From positions 352,001 to 416,000 of the forward strand of contig CBDBLV010000004.1 in NCBI GenBank assembly GCA_965207225.1: 64,000 nucleotides of DNA, written 5' to 3'. The notes under the pieces are model-generated. The model searched no databases. It had not been told where the DNA came from and saw nothing but the letters and a program-made list of their open reading frames with translations. This DNA is from Dehalococcoidia bacterium. GTDB lineage: Bacteria; Chloroflexota; Dehalococcoidia; Plut-88900. This document shows positions 37,395-47,564 of the stretch, piece by piece (the first letter of the stretch is position 1; the number at the start of each line of letters is the position of its first letter). The position numbers were made by a program, and so were the translations under genes.

Positions 37395-38528
37395 TTAGCG
37401 GAAAGCACCCGTGGCCCGGGTCCCGAGCCCTTTGCGAAAGAGGCCACTAAAGCGGGAGCCATTGCTCACCCTGCGCGCTCCGTTGGGGAAACCGTTGGGC
37501 CGCTCACGGACCGGCTGCACCAATTCCTGGGGTTGGGCAGAAATTACCCTGCCTTTCGGGAGGTCTTCTACCGTGTGCTCCATCTCCAGGCCGGTTGCAA
37601 TGAGGGTCACGCGGACCTTGCCGTCGAAGGCTTTGTCTCGTACAACGCCGAAAATGACGAGAGCGTCGGGGTTGGAGGCGCTGGTAAGCATCTCGGCGGC
37701 CCGGTTGGTCTCTCCGATGGTGAGGTCGTCTCCGCCGGTGATGTTCAGCACGATGCCAGTGGCCCCCTTGAAGGAGGACTCCAGCAGGGGCGAGGAGAGA
37801 GCCCGGGTAGTGGCCTTGCTCATGCGGTCCTCGCCTTCTCCCATGCCGATGGCCATGAGGGCGCGGCCGCCATCCTTCATAACGTTACGCACATCGGCGA
37901 AGTCCACGTTGATCTCGCCAGGGACGTTGATTATGTCGGCGATGGCCTGAACGCCCTGAGCAAGGACGTCGTCTACCATGCCGAAGGCCTCGCCCATGGG
38001 AAGATCGTATTCACAGGCGTCGAGGAGGCGGTTGTTGTCTATGGCGATGAGGGTGTCGACCTGCTCCACGAGCATATCCAGGCCTTCTTCGGCGATGATC
38101 ATGCGGGAACGGCCTTCAAAGGAGAAGGGTTTCGTGACGACACCCACAGTGAGGGCTCCGGCCTCCCGGGCCAGCTGCGCCACAATAGGTGCGGCGCCGG
38201 TGCCGGTGCCCCCACCCATCCCCGCCGCTACGAAGATCATATCTGCGTCGCTGACCAGCTCCTGAAGCGCCTCCCGGCTCTCCTCTGCGGCCTTCCACCC
38301 CACGCTGGGGTCTCCGCCGCTACCGAGGCCGCTTGTAGTCGCCGGGCCGATGCAGATCCGGGTGGGGACATCCATGAGGTCCAGGGCCTGGGCATCGGTG
38401 TTGATGCAAGCCAGGTCCAGGTTCTTGGCCTTGGATACGGCCATCCGGGACACGGCATTGGACCCCCCACCCCCGACCCCAATTATCTTTACCCTGGCCA
38501 AGTTAACCTCTCTTGCCTTCCTAATCAT
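37395..38528 (-). CDS. ftsZ: Cell division protein FtsZ
   Basis: GVGGGGSNA, NTDAQ, GGGTGTG, NVDFADV, VTLIATG. Confidence 0.97.
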   Translation of the reverse strand: MIRKAREVNLARVKIIGVGGGGSNAVSRMAVSKAKNLDLACINTDAQALDLMDVPTRICIGPATTSGLGSGGDPSVGWKAAEESREALQELVSDADMIFVAAGMGGGTGTGAAPIVAQLAREAGALTVGVVTKPFSFEGRSRMIIAEEGLDMLVEQVDTLIAIDNNRLLDACEYDLPMGEAFGMVDDVLAQGVQAIADIINVPGEINVDFADVRNVMKDGGRALMAIGMGEGEDRMSKATTRALSSPLLESSFKGATGIVLNITGGDDLTIGETNRAAEMLTSASNPDALVIFGVVRDKAFDGKVRVTLIATGLEMEHTVEDLPKGRVISAQPQELVQPVRERPNGFPNGARRVSNGSRFSGLFRKGLGTRATGAFR

Positions 38529-38602
38529 TTTCCTCTCCCTTTCACGCCCTGCCAGAGGGCGCAGCTATGGGGCCGGCCAATTCCGCCAGCCGGTCCCGGC
38601 TT

Positions 38603-39532
38603 CTAGACCCGTTCCCCCACCCTGAGCCTCGCGCTTCGGGCCCGGGGGTTACCGTGTATCTCTTCGGAAGTGGGAGCTACGGCCTTGCGGGTGATCCGCT
38701 TCATCCGGCGCACCCGTCCGCAATTGCACTCCGGCTGTTCCGGAGGGCAGATGCAGCCGCCCGTCTCCCGACGCATGAATGTCTTGACCAATGCCGCTTC
38801 CAGGGAGTGGTAGGTGATGACTACCAGTCTCCCGCCCTCGGCCAGCAATCTGACCGCTCCTTCCAGACCCTTTTGAAGGTTTTCGAGTTCACGGTTGACG
38901 CGAATTCGAAGAGCCTGGAATGTACGGGTGGCGGGATGGATCCTTCGCCGCCCCCCACCCGACGCCTTTGAAATAATCGTTGCAAGGGCTCCCGTGGACC
39001 TGACCGGGCGCGCCCCCACTATCGCCGAGGCGATTCTCCGAGCCCGGGGCTCTTCGCCGAATTCTCGAATAGTCTGAGCGATGTCAGCTTCCGGCCAGGA
39101 ATTGACGATCTCCTCGGCGGTCAGGGTCTGGGTCGAGTCGAACCTCATGTCGAGGGGGCCGTCGGCCTGGAAGCTGAAGCCCCGGGCCGCATTGTCGATT
39201 TGGCGGGAGGAAAAACCCAGATCGAAAAGGACGCCATGGGCCTCCAAGATGCCAGCCTCAGCCGCCAGTGTTTCCATGTCGGCGTAGTTCCCGGCTCGGG
39301 CCTGGAAAGCAGGGCCGAAGGCAGACAGGCGTCTTGCGGCTATGGGAGGGACGGAAGGATCGGCGTCGATGCCCAGGACCCGGCCCCCGGGCAGGCAGCG
39401 CTCGAGGATCGCGGCGCAGTGGCCCCCTTCACCCATTGTCGCGTCTATGTATGCGCCGCCGGGCCTGACCATCAGACCTTCCAGCACCTCGGCTGTCATG
39501 ACGGGCTTGTGGCTGTAGTCGTTCATCGTCAT
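38603..39532 (-). CDS. rsmH: 16S rRNA C1402 N4-methyltransferase
   Basis: HKPVM, DATMGEGGH, PLDMR, HPATRTFQALRI, NPRARSARLR; ATGA overlap with mraZ. Confidence 0.95.
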   Translation of the reverse strand: MTMNDYSHKPVMTAEVLEGLMVRPGGAYIDATMGEGGHCAAILERCLPGGRVLGIDADPSVPPIAARRLSAFGPAFQARAGNYADMETLAAEAGILEAHGVLFDLGFSSRQIDNAARGFSFQADGPLDMRFDSTQTLTAEEIVNSWPEADIAQTIREFGEEPRARRIASAIVGARPVRSTGALATIISKASGGGRRRIHPATRTFQALRIRVNRELENLQKGLEGAVRLLAEGGRLVVITYHSLEAALVKTFMRRETGGCICPPEQPECNCGRVRRMKRITRKAVAPTSEEIHGNPRARSARLRVGERV

Positions 39533-39966
39533 CGGGCCAGGGTCCCGCCGGTGAGACCCTGGGCTATCTCCGAGGCCTGTTCTTCCATCAACTCTCGTTC
39601 CCGAACCCAAAGCTCCCTGCTCCAGATCTCCAGGTGCCGCCCTACCCCAGCCACTACCACTTCTTCATCAATCTGGGCGTAATCTCTGAGCGTGTTGGGG
39701 AGACCTATCCTTCCCAAGCGGTCCAGATTCAGGCGAAAGGCACTGGAAAAGACCAGCCTGTTTACCCGCCTGGCACCCTGGTCGGTACCCGGGAGGGAGG
39801 CATATTCCTCGGCGAGCCGGTCCCAGGTGGAGGCCGTGTACGCAACGATACAGTTATCGTAACCCCTGGTTACGACAATGCCGTCCTGGAAATCGCCTCG
39901 GGACTTGGGGGGGATGGCGACCCGCCCCTTCTGGTCCAGGCGATATTCGTATTCACCGAGAAACAT
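39529..39966 (-). CDS. mraZ: Transcriptional regulator MraZ
   Basis: MFLGEY..LDQKGR, LDRLGRI, EIW. Confidence 0.95.
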   Translation of the reverse strand: MFLGEYEYRLDQKGRVAIPPKSRGDFQDGIVVTRGYDNCIVAYTASTWDRLAEEYASLPGTDQGARRVNRLVFSSAFRLNLDRLGRIGLPNTLRDYAQIDEEVVVAGVGRHLEIWSRELWVRERELMEEQASEIAQGLTGGTLAR

Positions 39967-39973
39967 ATTATCG

Positions 39974-40026
39974 CCCACTTTTCCCCACTAGTTCCCACAT
40001 TTTATCACTCACAACCTATCTGTCAA
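39974..40026 (-). promoter_or_regulatory. MraZ-binding GTGGG repeats and mraZ promoter
   Basis: GTGGG at 10-bp period (39974, 39984, 39994; degenerate 40004); TTGACA-16-TAAAAT with extended -10 TG. Confidence 0.8.
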
Positions 40027-40080
40027 CGTGTTTTGGGCGGATTTTCCACGTGATATGATGGCCGGAGAAGGCCGAGGCAG

Positions 40081-40566
40081 ATGTCACAGTTCAACGTGGG
40101 AATATTGACCAGCAGCGACCTCGGGGCGCGGGGTGAACGAGAAGACGCGAGCGGGCCCCTTATCAAAGAGATGGTGGGCGAACTGGGAATGAATGCCGCC
40201 AAATACGTGATGGTGCCTGATGATCAGCACCAGATTGCGGACACCCTGCGGGAGTGGGCAGACAGTGGAGAGGTGGACTTAATCCTGACCACGGGCGGGA
40301 CGGGGCTGGGGCCGAGGGACGTCACGCCAGAGGCGACCCTGGCAGTAGTCGAAAGGCAGGTCCCCGGAATACCGGAGGTTATGCGCGCCGCCAGCCTGGA
40401 GAAGACGCCAATGGGGATGATCAGCCGACAGGCGGCCGGGGCCAGGGGGTCGTGCCTGATAGTCAATCTGCCCGGCAGTCCCAAGGCCGTGCGCGAATGC
40501 CTAGAGGCGATATCGCCGGTGCTGGAGCACGCTCTGACGCTGCTCAAGGGCGATACGGCACACTAG
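40081..40566 (+). CDS. mog: MogA/MoaB molybdopterin adenylyltransferase
   Basis: SD...[30 protein letters not shown]. Confidence 0.9.
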   Translation: MSQFNVGILTSSDLGARGEREDASGPLIKEMVGELGMNAAKYVMVPDDQHQIADTLREWADSGEVDLILTTGGTGLGPRDVTPEATLAVVERQVPGIPEVMRAASLEKTPMGMISRQAAGARGSCLIVNLPGSPKAVRECLEAISPVLEHALTLLKGDTAH

Positions 40567-40582
40567 CCAGCCTGCCCGTTCC

Positions 40583-41314
40583 ATGAATTTTCACGTCTTT
40601 ACCCTGTTCCCAGCCATGTTCCAGGGCCCACTGAGCGAAAGCATCCTGAAGCGCGCCCAGGATAAGGGCCTGCTGAATGTGTCGCTGCACGACATCCGGG
40701 ACTACGCGGAGGACAAGCACCGGGTCGTTGATGACTACGCATACGGCGGGGGCCCGGGCATGGTGATGAAACCCGAGCCGGTCTTCAAGGCAGTCGAGAG
40801 CCAGCTTGAGCGGATTAAGCAGAACCAGTCGGAGCCTTCAGGAGTGCCTGTCATCTTGATGAGTCCGAGGGGCAGAGTGTTGACGCAGGACGTGGCCCGG
40901 GAGCTGGCCCGCCACCCGGACATGGTGTTGATTTGCGGGCACTACGAGGGCGTAGACCAGCGGATTATCGACCATTTGGCTACGGACGAGATAAGTATCG
41001 GGGACTACGTGCTGACCGGCGGCGAGCTGGCGGCGATGGTACTAATCGATTGCGTAGCGCGGCTCGGGGAAGGAGTGCTGGGTTCCGAGGAGTCCACTAC
41101 GCGGGAGTCCCATACCGACGGCTTGCTCCAATACCCACAATACACCCGACCCCCGGAGTTCAGGGGTTGGACGGTTCCAGAGGTGCTGCTGTCGGGACAC
41201 CACGCTCGTATTGAGGAGTGGCGTCGGGAGCAGTCATTGCTGGAGACGCGGCGTCGGAGGCCGGACATGCTGAAGCCTTCGGAAGGCACTTCCGATGAAA
41301 CAACAGACAACTGA
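40583..41314 (+). CDS. trmD: tRNA (guanine37-N1)-methyltransferase
   Basis: [39 protein letters not shown]. Confidence 0.97.
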   Translation: MNFHVFTLFPAMFQGPLSESILKRAQDKGLLNVSLHDIRDYAEDKHRVVDDYAYGGGPGMVMKPEPVFKAVESQLERIKQNQSEPSGVPVILMSPRGRVLTQDVARELARHPDMVLICGHYEGVDQRIIDHLATDEISIGDYVLTGGELAAMVLIDCVARLGEGVLGSEESTTRESHTDGLLQYPQYTRPPEFRGWTVPEVLLSGHHARIEEWRREQSLLETRRRRPDMLKPSEGTSDETTDN

Positions 41315-41368
41315 ATGGCAGGGGGAACAGTCCTCCTGCCAAGGCCTTGGCAGGGGTTCGACCTTTCC

Positions 41369-41397
41369 TTGACCCTCGAAAGGCGCGATAGTAGAAT
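41369..41397 (+). promoter_or_regulatory. Promoter of tRNA pair
   Basis: TTGACC-17-TAGAAT; preceded by palindrome cctgccaaggccttggcagg (41335-41354). Confidence 0.65.
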
Positions 41398-41418
41398 CCC
41401 TCTCACATTCCGCCCAAT

Positions 41419-41495
41419 GGTGAGCGTAGCCTAGCGGTTAAGGCGCCAGGTTGTGGCCCTGGAGATCGAGGGTTCGAATCCCTTCGCTCACCCCA
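41419..41495 (+). tRNA. tRNA-His (GTG)
   Basis: G-1, acceptor GTGAGCG/CGCTCAC, anticodon arm CCAGG-TTGTGGC-CCTGG, TTCGAAT, C73, CCA. Confidence 0.96.
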
Positions 41496-41526
41496 TGCAC
41501 CTAACAACTACATCCATCGCAGACCT

Positions 41527-41602
41527 GCGCCTGTAGCTCAGTGGAAAGAGCATCGGTCTTCGGAACCGAGGGTCGGGGGTTCGAATCCCTTCAGGCGCGC
41601 CA
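41527..41602 (+). tRNA. tRNA-Arg (TCG)
   Basis: Acceptor GCGCCTG/CAGGCGC, anticodon arm TCGGT-CTTCGGA-ACCGA, TTCGAAT, CCA. Confidence 0.95.
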
Positions 41603-41641
41603 CTCCCGCACCCCACCACTCTCCGCTGCAGGAGGTCTCTT

Positions 41642-42478
41642 TTGAAATTTGGCGACCTGGACGTTCACATAATCAGCGACGGCACGATGAAGATGGACGC
41701 GGGCGTCCTGTTCGGTGTCGTCCCCAAGACCCTGTGGCAGCGCAAGGTCAAGACGGACCGCCGAAACAGACTCACCATGGGCCTGAACTGCATGTTGATC
41801 CAGGCCAACGGCCGCAACATCCTGGTGGACACGGGGGTGGGAAAGAAGGAGCCGGACCGGCTAAAAGACATCTTCGGGCTTTCGGCGGGGAAGCTGCTCA
41901 GGAGGCTGAAGGAGTACGGGGTCGGGCCACGGGACATTGACATGGTCATCCTGTCCCACCTTCACTTTGATCACGTGGGCGGGTGCACCCGGTTCAACTC
42001 CAAGGGTGAAGCGGTCCCGACCTTTCCCAAGGCCAAGTACCTGGTGCAGCGTCGGGACTGGGACGAGGCCACGCATCCCAACGAACGCACGAAAGCTGCC
42101 TACCACGTTGACGACTTCGAGCCGCTTCTATTCAACAAGCAGCTGGAGCTACTGGACGGCGATACCGAGATCGAGAAGGGTGTCGATGCGGTGCTGACAG
42201 GTGGTCATTCCGCCGGACACCAGATAGTCATGGCCGGTACCAATCAGAGGAAAGCCGTCATATTGGGAGACTTGATCGCCACCCACCACCACATCCCCTT
42301 GCCCTACATCGCGGCCTTCGACCTCTTTCCGCTGGAGAGCATGGAGCGCAAGCGAAAGCTGCTGGAAGACGCCGAGAAGTTCGGGTGGATGCTGGTGTTC
42401 TCCCACGACCCGGAGACCGTTGCCGGGCATGTGGAAAGCCGGGGAGGTCGGGTGCTTCTCAACCCCGCTAAGGTGTAG
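41642..42478 (+). CDS. MBL-fold metallo-hydrolase (YtnP/AHL-lactonase-like)
   Basis: FGVVPK.LW, SHLHFDHVGG, GHSAGHQ, HDP; AGGAGG RBS. Confidence 0.9.
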   Translation: MKFGDLDVHIISDGTMKMDAGVLFGVVPKTLWQRKVKTDRRNRLTMGLNCMLIQANGRNILVDTGVGKKEPDRLKDIFGLSAGKLLRRLKEYGVGPRDIDMVILSHLHFDHVGGCTRFNSKGEAVPTFPKAKYLVQRRDWDEATHPNERTKAAYHVDDFEPLLFNKQLELLDGDTEIEKGVDAVLTGGHSAGHQIVMAGTNQRKAVILGDLIATHHHIPLPYIAAFDLFPLESMERKRKLLEDAEKFGWMLVFSHDPETVAGHVESRGGRVLLNPAKV

Positions 42479-43850
42479 CTGCCAGCAGCCCTTTGCCAAT
42501 TTCACCCGTGGCGACGGCCCGGGTGATTTCATTTTCCACAATACCGTTATCTCGGGAGTAGGCGCGGATGTAGTTGCTGGACAAACCCGACCAGTACTCG
42601 ATGCCGTCCAGCGAAACCCGCTCTTCCCACAAAACGTCCAGAGGCCTACCGATAAACAACCGGCGGTAAGCCCTGGCTGATTCCTCGGCCAGAGCGAGCA
42701 TTTGGGACATCCTGCTGCGCTTTTCTTCGTCAGGGACGAGGCCTTTAAAGGCGTAGGCGCGGGTGCCGGGCCTGGGGGAGTAAGGAAAAACGTGGATAGC
42801 AGAGAAGGAGATCGCTTCGCAGAATTGGAATGACTCCTCGAAGTGTTCGGGCGTTTCGCCGGGAAACCCGACCATCACATCGGTTGTTATTGCAATATCC
42901 GGCACTACTTCCCGGTACCTGTGAACCGCCTCCCTGTATTTGTAAGTGCGATATCGACGCCCCATTCGCTCCAGGGTCGCATCGCTGCCGCTCTGCAGGG
43001 CAAGATGGACATGGGGGCAGACGCGAGGGTCTCGGAACACGTCTAGAAGCCGCGGGGTGATGTCCTGGGGTTGGAATGAGGAGACCCGAAGCCGTGGGAG
43101 GTCAGTTTCAGCCAGGATTCTTTCGATAAGGCCATGAAGCCGGCCGTCGTAGCCATCGGGATTTCGCCGGAACTCCGGGGTGGGGAGATATTGGCCGAAT
43201 GACCCGATCTGAGGGCCGGTGATGACGACCTCTTTGAAGCCCTCATCGACACGGGCATGGATGTCGGCGAGGACCTGTTCAATAGGGATATTGGACTCCC
43301 GCCCCCTGGTGGTCGGGATCACGCAGAAAGCACAGAACTGGTTGCAGCCGTCCTGTATCTTCACAAAGGCCCGGCTCCTCCCACCGCCCCTTAACTCCTC
43401 GGCTGGAGCAATGCTTCTTCCTTTTTCCCATCCTATAACCAGTTCCGAGGCAACATCGGCCAAGCGGGTCTTATCGGGATTAAGGACGAGGGCGTCGACG
43501 CTTTGGAGGGCTTGAACCTCATCCGGGGCCCGTGTGGCGTAGCAACCGGTGGCGATGACCTTGGCATTGGGGTTGCGGCGCTTCGCACCATTCAGCCACT
43601 GGCGGCCTTTGGCGTCGGCGACGTGGGTAACGCTGCAAGTGTTAAGGACGTACAGGTCAGCCTTCGCTGCCTGAGGGACGATCCGGAAGCCGGCGGCGGT
43701 CAGTTGTCGAGAGATGGCATCGGCCTCGGCCTGGTTGAGCTTGCAGCCGTGGGCGGCCACGGCAGCTCGGGGTCGGGCTGGCGACCCAGCTTCGCCGTTG
43801 GGGGTGGGAGTTGCCGCTACATCTGTTGGAAGTGGGGTGGGCATTCTCAT
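42468..43850 (-). CDS. mtaB: Radical SAM methylthiotransferase (MtaB-like)
   Basis: GCKLNQAE, NTCSVT, KIQDGCNQFCAFC, HVFPYSPRPGT. Confidence 0.85.
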   Translation of the reverse strand: MRMPTPLPTDVAATPTPNGEAGSPARPRAAVAAHGCKLNQAEADAISRQLTAAGFRIVPQAAKADLYVLNTCSVTHVADAKGRQWLNGAKRRNPNAKVIATGCYATRAPDEVQALQSVDALVLNPDKTRLADVASELVIGWEKGRSIAPAEELRGGGRSRAFVKIQDGCNQFCAFCVIPTTRGRESNIPIEQVLADIHARVDEGFKEVVITGPQIGSFGQYLPTPEFRRNPDGYDGRLHGLIERILAETDLPRLRVSSFQPQDITPRLLDVFRDPRVCPHVHLALQSGSDATLERMGRRYRTYKYREAVHRYREVVPDIAITTDVMVGFPGETPEHFEESFQFCEAISFSAIHVFPYSPRPGTRAYAFKGLVPDEEKRSRMSQMLALAEESARAYRRLFIGRPLDVLWEERVSLDGIEYWSGLSSNYIRAYSRDNGIVENEITRAVATGEIGKGLLAATP

Positions 43851-44056
43851 CGTTGTGTCATCGAATTGCGGTTAGGGCACTACACGCCTAAATACATTAT
43901 CGGGTAAGGGTCTCGGGGATGCCAACAAGGGGATTGCCTCTCAGAATACAAACAGCCGTTGTGTTATACTTCACATTCGATATAAATATTGCAAGCCTTC
44001 GCGTCTGCACCCTAACCCTTAAGACCTGCAAGGGCCGCAACGGCCCGGGAGTTCCC

Positions 44057-45595
44057 ATGACTTTACAGGCCACCAGGGGCGCCGGATCCCAAACATACAA
44101 CCGACCCCGTAGAGTCCTTTTAGCAGAACCGCCCAACAAGCTCTTCGTCGGCTTCAACGCCACGGTGATCGTGGAGCCGCTGGGACTGGAATACCTGGCG
44201 GGCAACCTGCTCGACATAGTGGACGTTCGGATATTCGACATGCGTGTCGATACGACGCCCCTGGCCCAAGTCATCGAGGAGTTCAAGCCCGACGTGGTCG
44301 GGATTCGGGAGGGGTACACAGTTGACGTCTCCTCAGTGAAGGAGGTGGCGCGGGACATCAAGAGCATATCCCAGGATATTGTGGTGGTGGTCGGGGGTCA
44401 TCACGTTTCGCTTGCCCCCCAGGATGCCTTCAGCCCGGACATCGACGCTATAGTAATTGGTGATGGAGAAAACACTTTCCGTCGTCTCGTCCTCAGCCTT
44501 CAAAACGACAGGGGCCTGGACGATATACCGGAGGTCTTCTACCGGACCGCGAGCGGTGAATTTGACGGGTCGAACGTCAAGAAGGCGAAAAAGAGCTCCC
44601 TCAAAGAGTTCGACTCCCTGTCCATGAACGAGCGCCCCATGCCCGCCCGACACCTGGTAGACCAGTACCGCGATGATTATTTCTTCCTCTATCACACCCG
44701 TCCCTACTCCGTTGAAATGGCGCGAGGCTGCATCTACCGCTGCAACTTCTGCTCCGTCCACGAGTTCCACCGCGGTGAATATAAGGTCCAGGGCAATGAC
44801 CGTACCCTCCTGGAACTTTCCAAGCTCCCGCGCAACTCCTGGATCAACATTGTCGATGACCTAGCCATACAAGAGCTGCCCGGATCCCTGAGGATGGCCT
44901 ACCCCGCAGGCTTCGACCCCATGGACGACCTGGCCGACAAGGTAATCGACATGGACCTGGGGCAGCGTTACTGGATGCAGGTGCGGGCCGACAACGTGGT
45001 CCGCAACCCGAAGAAGTTCGAGAAGTGGGCCAAGGCAGGCCTCGACACCGTGCTCATCGGGCTGGAGTCCTTTGAGCAGAGCGACCTGAACTCGGTATCC
45101 AAGGGAACTCGGGTGGGGGACAACGAAAAGAGCATAGACATCCTGCACAGTTTCGGGGTGCGAATCTGGGGTGCAGTCATTGTATTCCAGAACTGGATGG
45201 ACAAGAATTTCGACAACCTGAAGAACGCGGTCTACCACAACAGGATAGAGTTCCCCAACTACACCATACTCACACCGCTTCCCGGCACCGGCCAGTGGAA
45301 GGACATGCACAGCAGCCTGATCACCAAGGACCCCCCATTCTTCGATTTCCTCCACAGCGTGCTCCCGACCAAGCTGAAGGGCGAAAGGTTCTACGAACAG
45401 TACGCCTCCCTATGGAGGGCGGTCGGGGACGGGGGGATGGACAGGATCCGGAGGATGCTGGGCGAGGTGTCTACCACACGGGAGAGCGTCATGAAGTTCC
45501 TGCGCCAGTACAAGACCCTCTCCGAGTTGGAGACGTACCGCCGGGGCATCGAGCTCCTGGAACGGGGAGCACCAACCAAGCAGTCCAGCCCCTGA
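44057..45595 (+). CDS. Cobalamin-binding radical SAM protein (HpnR/BchE-like)
   Basis: EPLGLEYLA, VGGHH, RGCIYRCNFC, IGLES, LTPLPGT, FDFLHSVLPTKL. Confidence 0.85.
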   Translation: MTLQATRGAGSQTYNRPRRVLLAEPPNKLFVGFNATVIVEPLGLEYLAGNLLDIVDVRIFDMRVDTTPLAQVIEEFKPDVVGIREGYTVDVSSVKEVARDIKSISQDIVVVVGGHHVSLAPQDAFSPDIDAIVIGDGENTFRRLVLSLQNDRGLDDIPEVFYRTASGEFDGSNVKKAKKSSLKEFDSLSMNERPMPARHLVDQYRDDYFFLYHTRPYSVEMARGCIYRCNFCSVHEFHRGEYKVQGNDRTLLELSKLPRNSWINIVDDLAIQELPGSLRMAYPAGFDPMDDLADKVIDMDLGQRYWMQVRADNVVRNPKKFEKWAKAGLDTVLIGLESFEQSDLNSVSKGTRVGDNEKSIDILHSFGVRIWGAVIVFQNWMDKNFDNLKNAVYHNRIEFPNYTILTPLPGTGQWKDMHSSLITKDPPFFDFLHSVLPTKLKGERFYEQYASLWRAVGDGGMDRIRRMLGEVSTTRESVMKFLRQYKTLSELETYRRGIELLERGAPTKQSSP

Positions 45596-45620
45596 TTCCG
45601 GTCCAACTCAGAACTCTCAT

Positions 45621-46865
45621 ATGGCAGAAAATCGCGTAGCTGTTACCGGCGTTGGCCTCGTTACTCCCCTGGGTTTGGATGTCGAGTCCACGTGGAGCGG
45701 GCTAATCGGCGGGAAATCAGGGGTGGACTACATCACTGCCTTTGACTCCTCCGACTACGAGACCCACATCGCCGCCGAAGTTTCGGACTTCAATCCCAAC
45801 GATCACCTGGACCGCAAGGCCGCCCGACGCATGGACCGTTTCGTCCAGTTCGCCGTCATTGCTGCCAGGGAAGCGGCCACACAGTCGGGGCTTGAGATCA
45901 CCGATGAGAACGCCGGTGACGTGGGGACGGTAATCGGGAGCGGGATCGGGGGGCTGATCACACTATCGGAGCAGTTCAACGTGCTCCGGGACAAGGGGCC
46001 TTCCCGGATAAGTCCGTTTTTGGTCCCGATGATGATCACGGATATGGCGTCGGGGCAGGTGTCCATCGATCTCGGGATCAAGGGGCCGAACTACTGCACA
46101 ACCTCGGCCTGTTCCAGCGGCAGCGACGCCATAGGCACGGCTTACCAGCTAATCCAAGCTGGCAAGGCCAAGGCGATGATCACCGGCGGCGCCGAGGCCA
46201 GCGTCACGCCCATCGCCATCGCCGGGTTCAACGCTGCCAAGGCCCTTTCCACGAGGAACGACGAACCTCAGAAGGCCTGCAGGCCCTTTGACGCGGGTCG
46301 GGACGGCTTCGTCATGGGCGAAGGGGCGGCCCTGATGATGCTGGAAGAGATGGACCACGCTCGGGAGAGGGGAGCTCCCATCCTGGCAGAGCTAATCGGG
46401 TACGGCAGCTCGGGGGACGCGTTTCACGTCACCGCCCCTGCTGAGGGTGGCGAGGGCAGCATCCGGGCCATGAAGATGGCGCTGGAAGACGCCCAGGTCC
46501 ATCCCGACGACATCGACTACATTAACGCCCACGGCACCTCAACACCCCTCAATGACAAGTTCGAGACACTGGCCATCAAGAAAGTCTTCCAGGAAGAGGC
46601 CTACCGCATCCCGATCTCCTCGACCAAGTCGATGACAGGTCACCTGATCGGGGCGGCGGCGGCGCTGGAGGCGGCGATCACCGTGCTGGCCATCGAGCGC
46701 GGCGAGATCCCCCCGACGATCAACCTGGAAGACCCCGACCCCGAATGCGACCTGGACTACACCCCTCACACCCCCCGCCGCGGCGAGGTAAAGGTGGCGA
46801 TGTCCAACTCCCTGGGGTTTGGTGGACACAACTCGGTTCTGATCTTCCGCCAACCTCCGGTCTGA
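45621..46865 (+). CDS. fabF: 3-oxoacyl-ACP synthase II
   Basis: SACSSG, RDGFVMGEG, NAHGTST, KSMTGH, GFGGHN. Confidence 0.96.
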   Translation: MAENRVAVTGVGLVTPLGLDVESTWSGLIGGKSGVDYITAFDSSDYETHIAAEVSDFNPNDHLDRKAARRMDRFVQFAVIAAREAATQSGLEITDENAGDVGTVIGSGIGGLITLSEQFNVLRDKGPSRISPFLVPMMITDMASGQVSIDLGIKGPNYCTTSACSSGSDAIGTAYQLIQAGKAKAMITGGAEASVTPIAIAGFNAAKALSTRNDEPQKACRPFDAGRDGFVMGEGAALMMLEEMDHARERGAPILAELIGYGSSGDAFHVTAPAEGGEGSIRAMKMALEDAQVHPDDIDYINAHGTSTPLNDKFETLAIKKVFQEEAYRIPISSTKSMTGHLIGAAAALEAAITVLAIERGEIPPTINLEDPDPECDLDYTPHTPRRGEVKVAMSNSLGFGGHNSVLIFRQPPV

Positions 46866-47013
46866 CCTCGGAGTCGGGCCAGAATTGCCCAACTATTGGC
46901 CTTATCCGGTCGCGTTCAAAGCCGGGCACTGGTAAAGACTAGAGCCACCATGTACTATATTGGCGTAGGGCGATCAGCTCCTAGAATGTCATAGCCCAGC
47001 GAGGTGTCAGCAG

Positions 47014-47379
47014 TTGCAACCGGGTGAAGTAAGTTCCTCCGAACGTATGTGGGCTGCCATAGCCCACGCGAATATAGTGCTGAACGTAATAACCTTTTTC
47101 CCATATTTTGTAGCAGTCACTATGGGTATCTGGATATTCAAGAGAAGAAGCTCCAAATATGTAGGTTTTCAAGCATTACAGGCCTTTGTATTCCAGGCAG
47201 TTACCGGCTTTATAGCTTTCTTCATTGGGTCGGCGTTGGGTTTTGGGGTCGGCTTGCTCGTATTGGCAATCCCAATCCTTTATGGGATGTATGGTGCTTA
47301 CCGATGTAACCAAGGCCAGCAATTCAGATACGTATTCATAGGTGATTTACTGTCATCTATGACTTCCAAGGACAACTAG
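47014..47379 (+). CDS. DUF4870-like membrane protein
   Basis: ERMWAAIAH, FQALQA, FRY..IG; GAGGTG RBS. Confidence 0.75.
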   Translation: MQPGEVSSSERMWAAIAHANIVLNVITFFPYFVAVTMGIWIFKRRSSKYVGFQALQAFVFQAVTGFIAFFIGSALGFGVGLLVLAIPILYGMYGAYRCNQGQQFRYVFIGDLLSSMTSKDN

Positions 47380-47564
47380 TCACCCACCCAGTTGGTTGCT
47401 ACAACCCCACACCGTTATTTGACAAGCGTATAATCGGGTCAGGTAGTTGAGGGGAGGGTCTTTACGGATGACCCGCGTGGCCACGGAGATAGCAGAGCCC
47501 CGACGCCTCAAGGCGCCATTTGCCTTACTCTGCTCTGCTTGGATTCTGGCAGGGGGTTGACCTG

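Noticed and set aside
37335-38606. 423-aa plus-strand ORF
   Set aside because: Antisense shadow of ftsZ
43851-44056. Cobalamin riboswitch upstream of the B12 radical SAM gene (also checked before nrdJ)
   Set aside because: No B12-box or GCCACTG-type motifs seen
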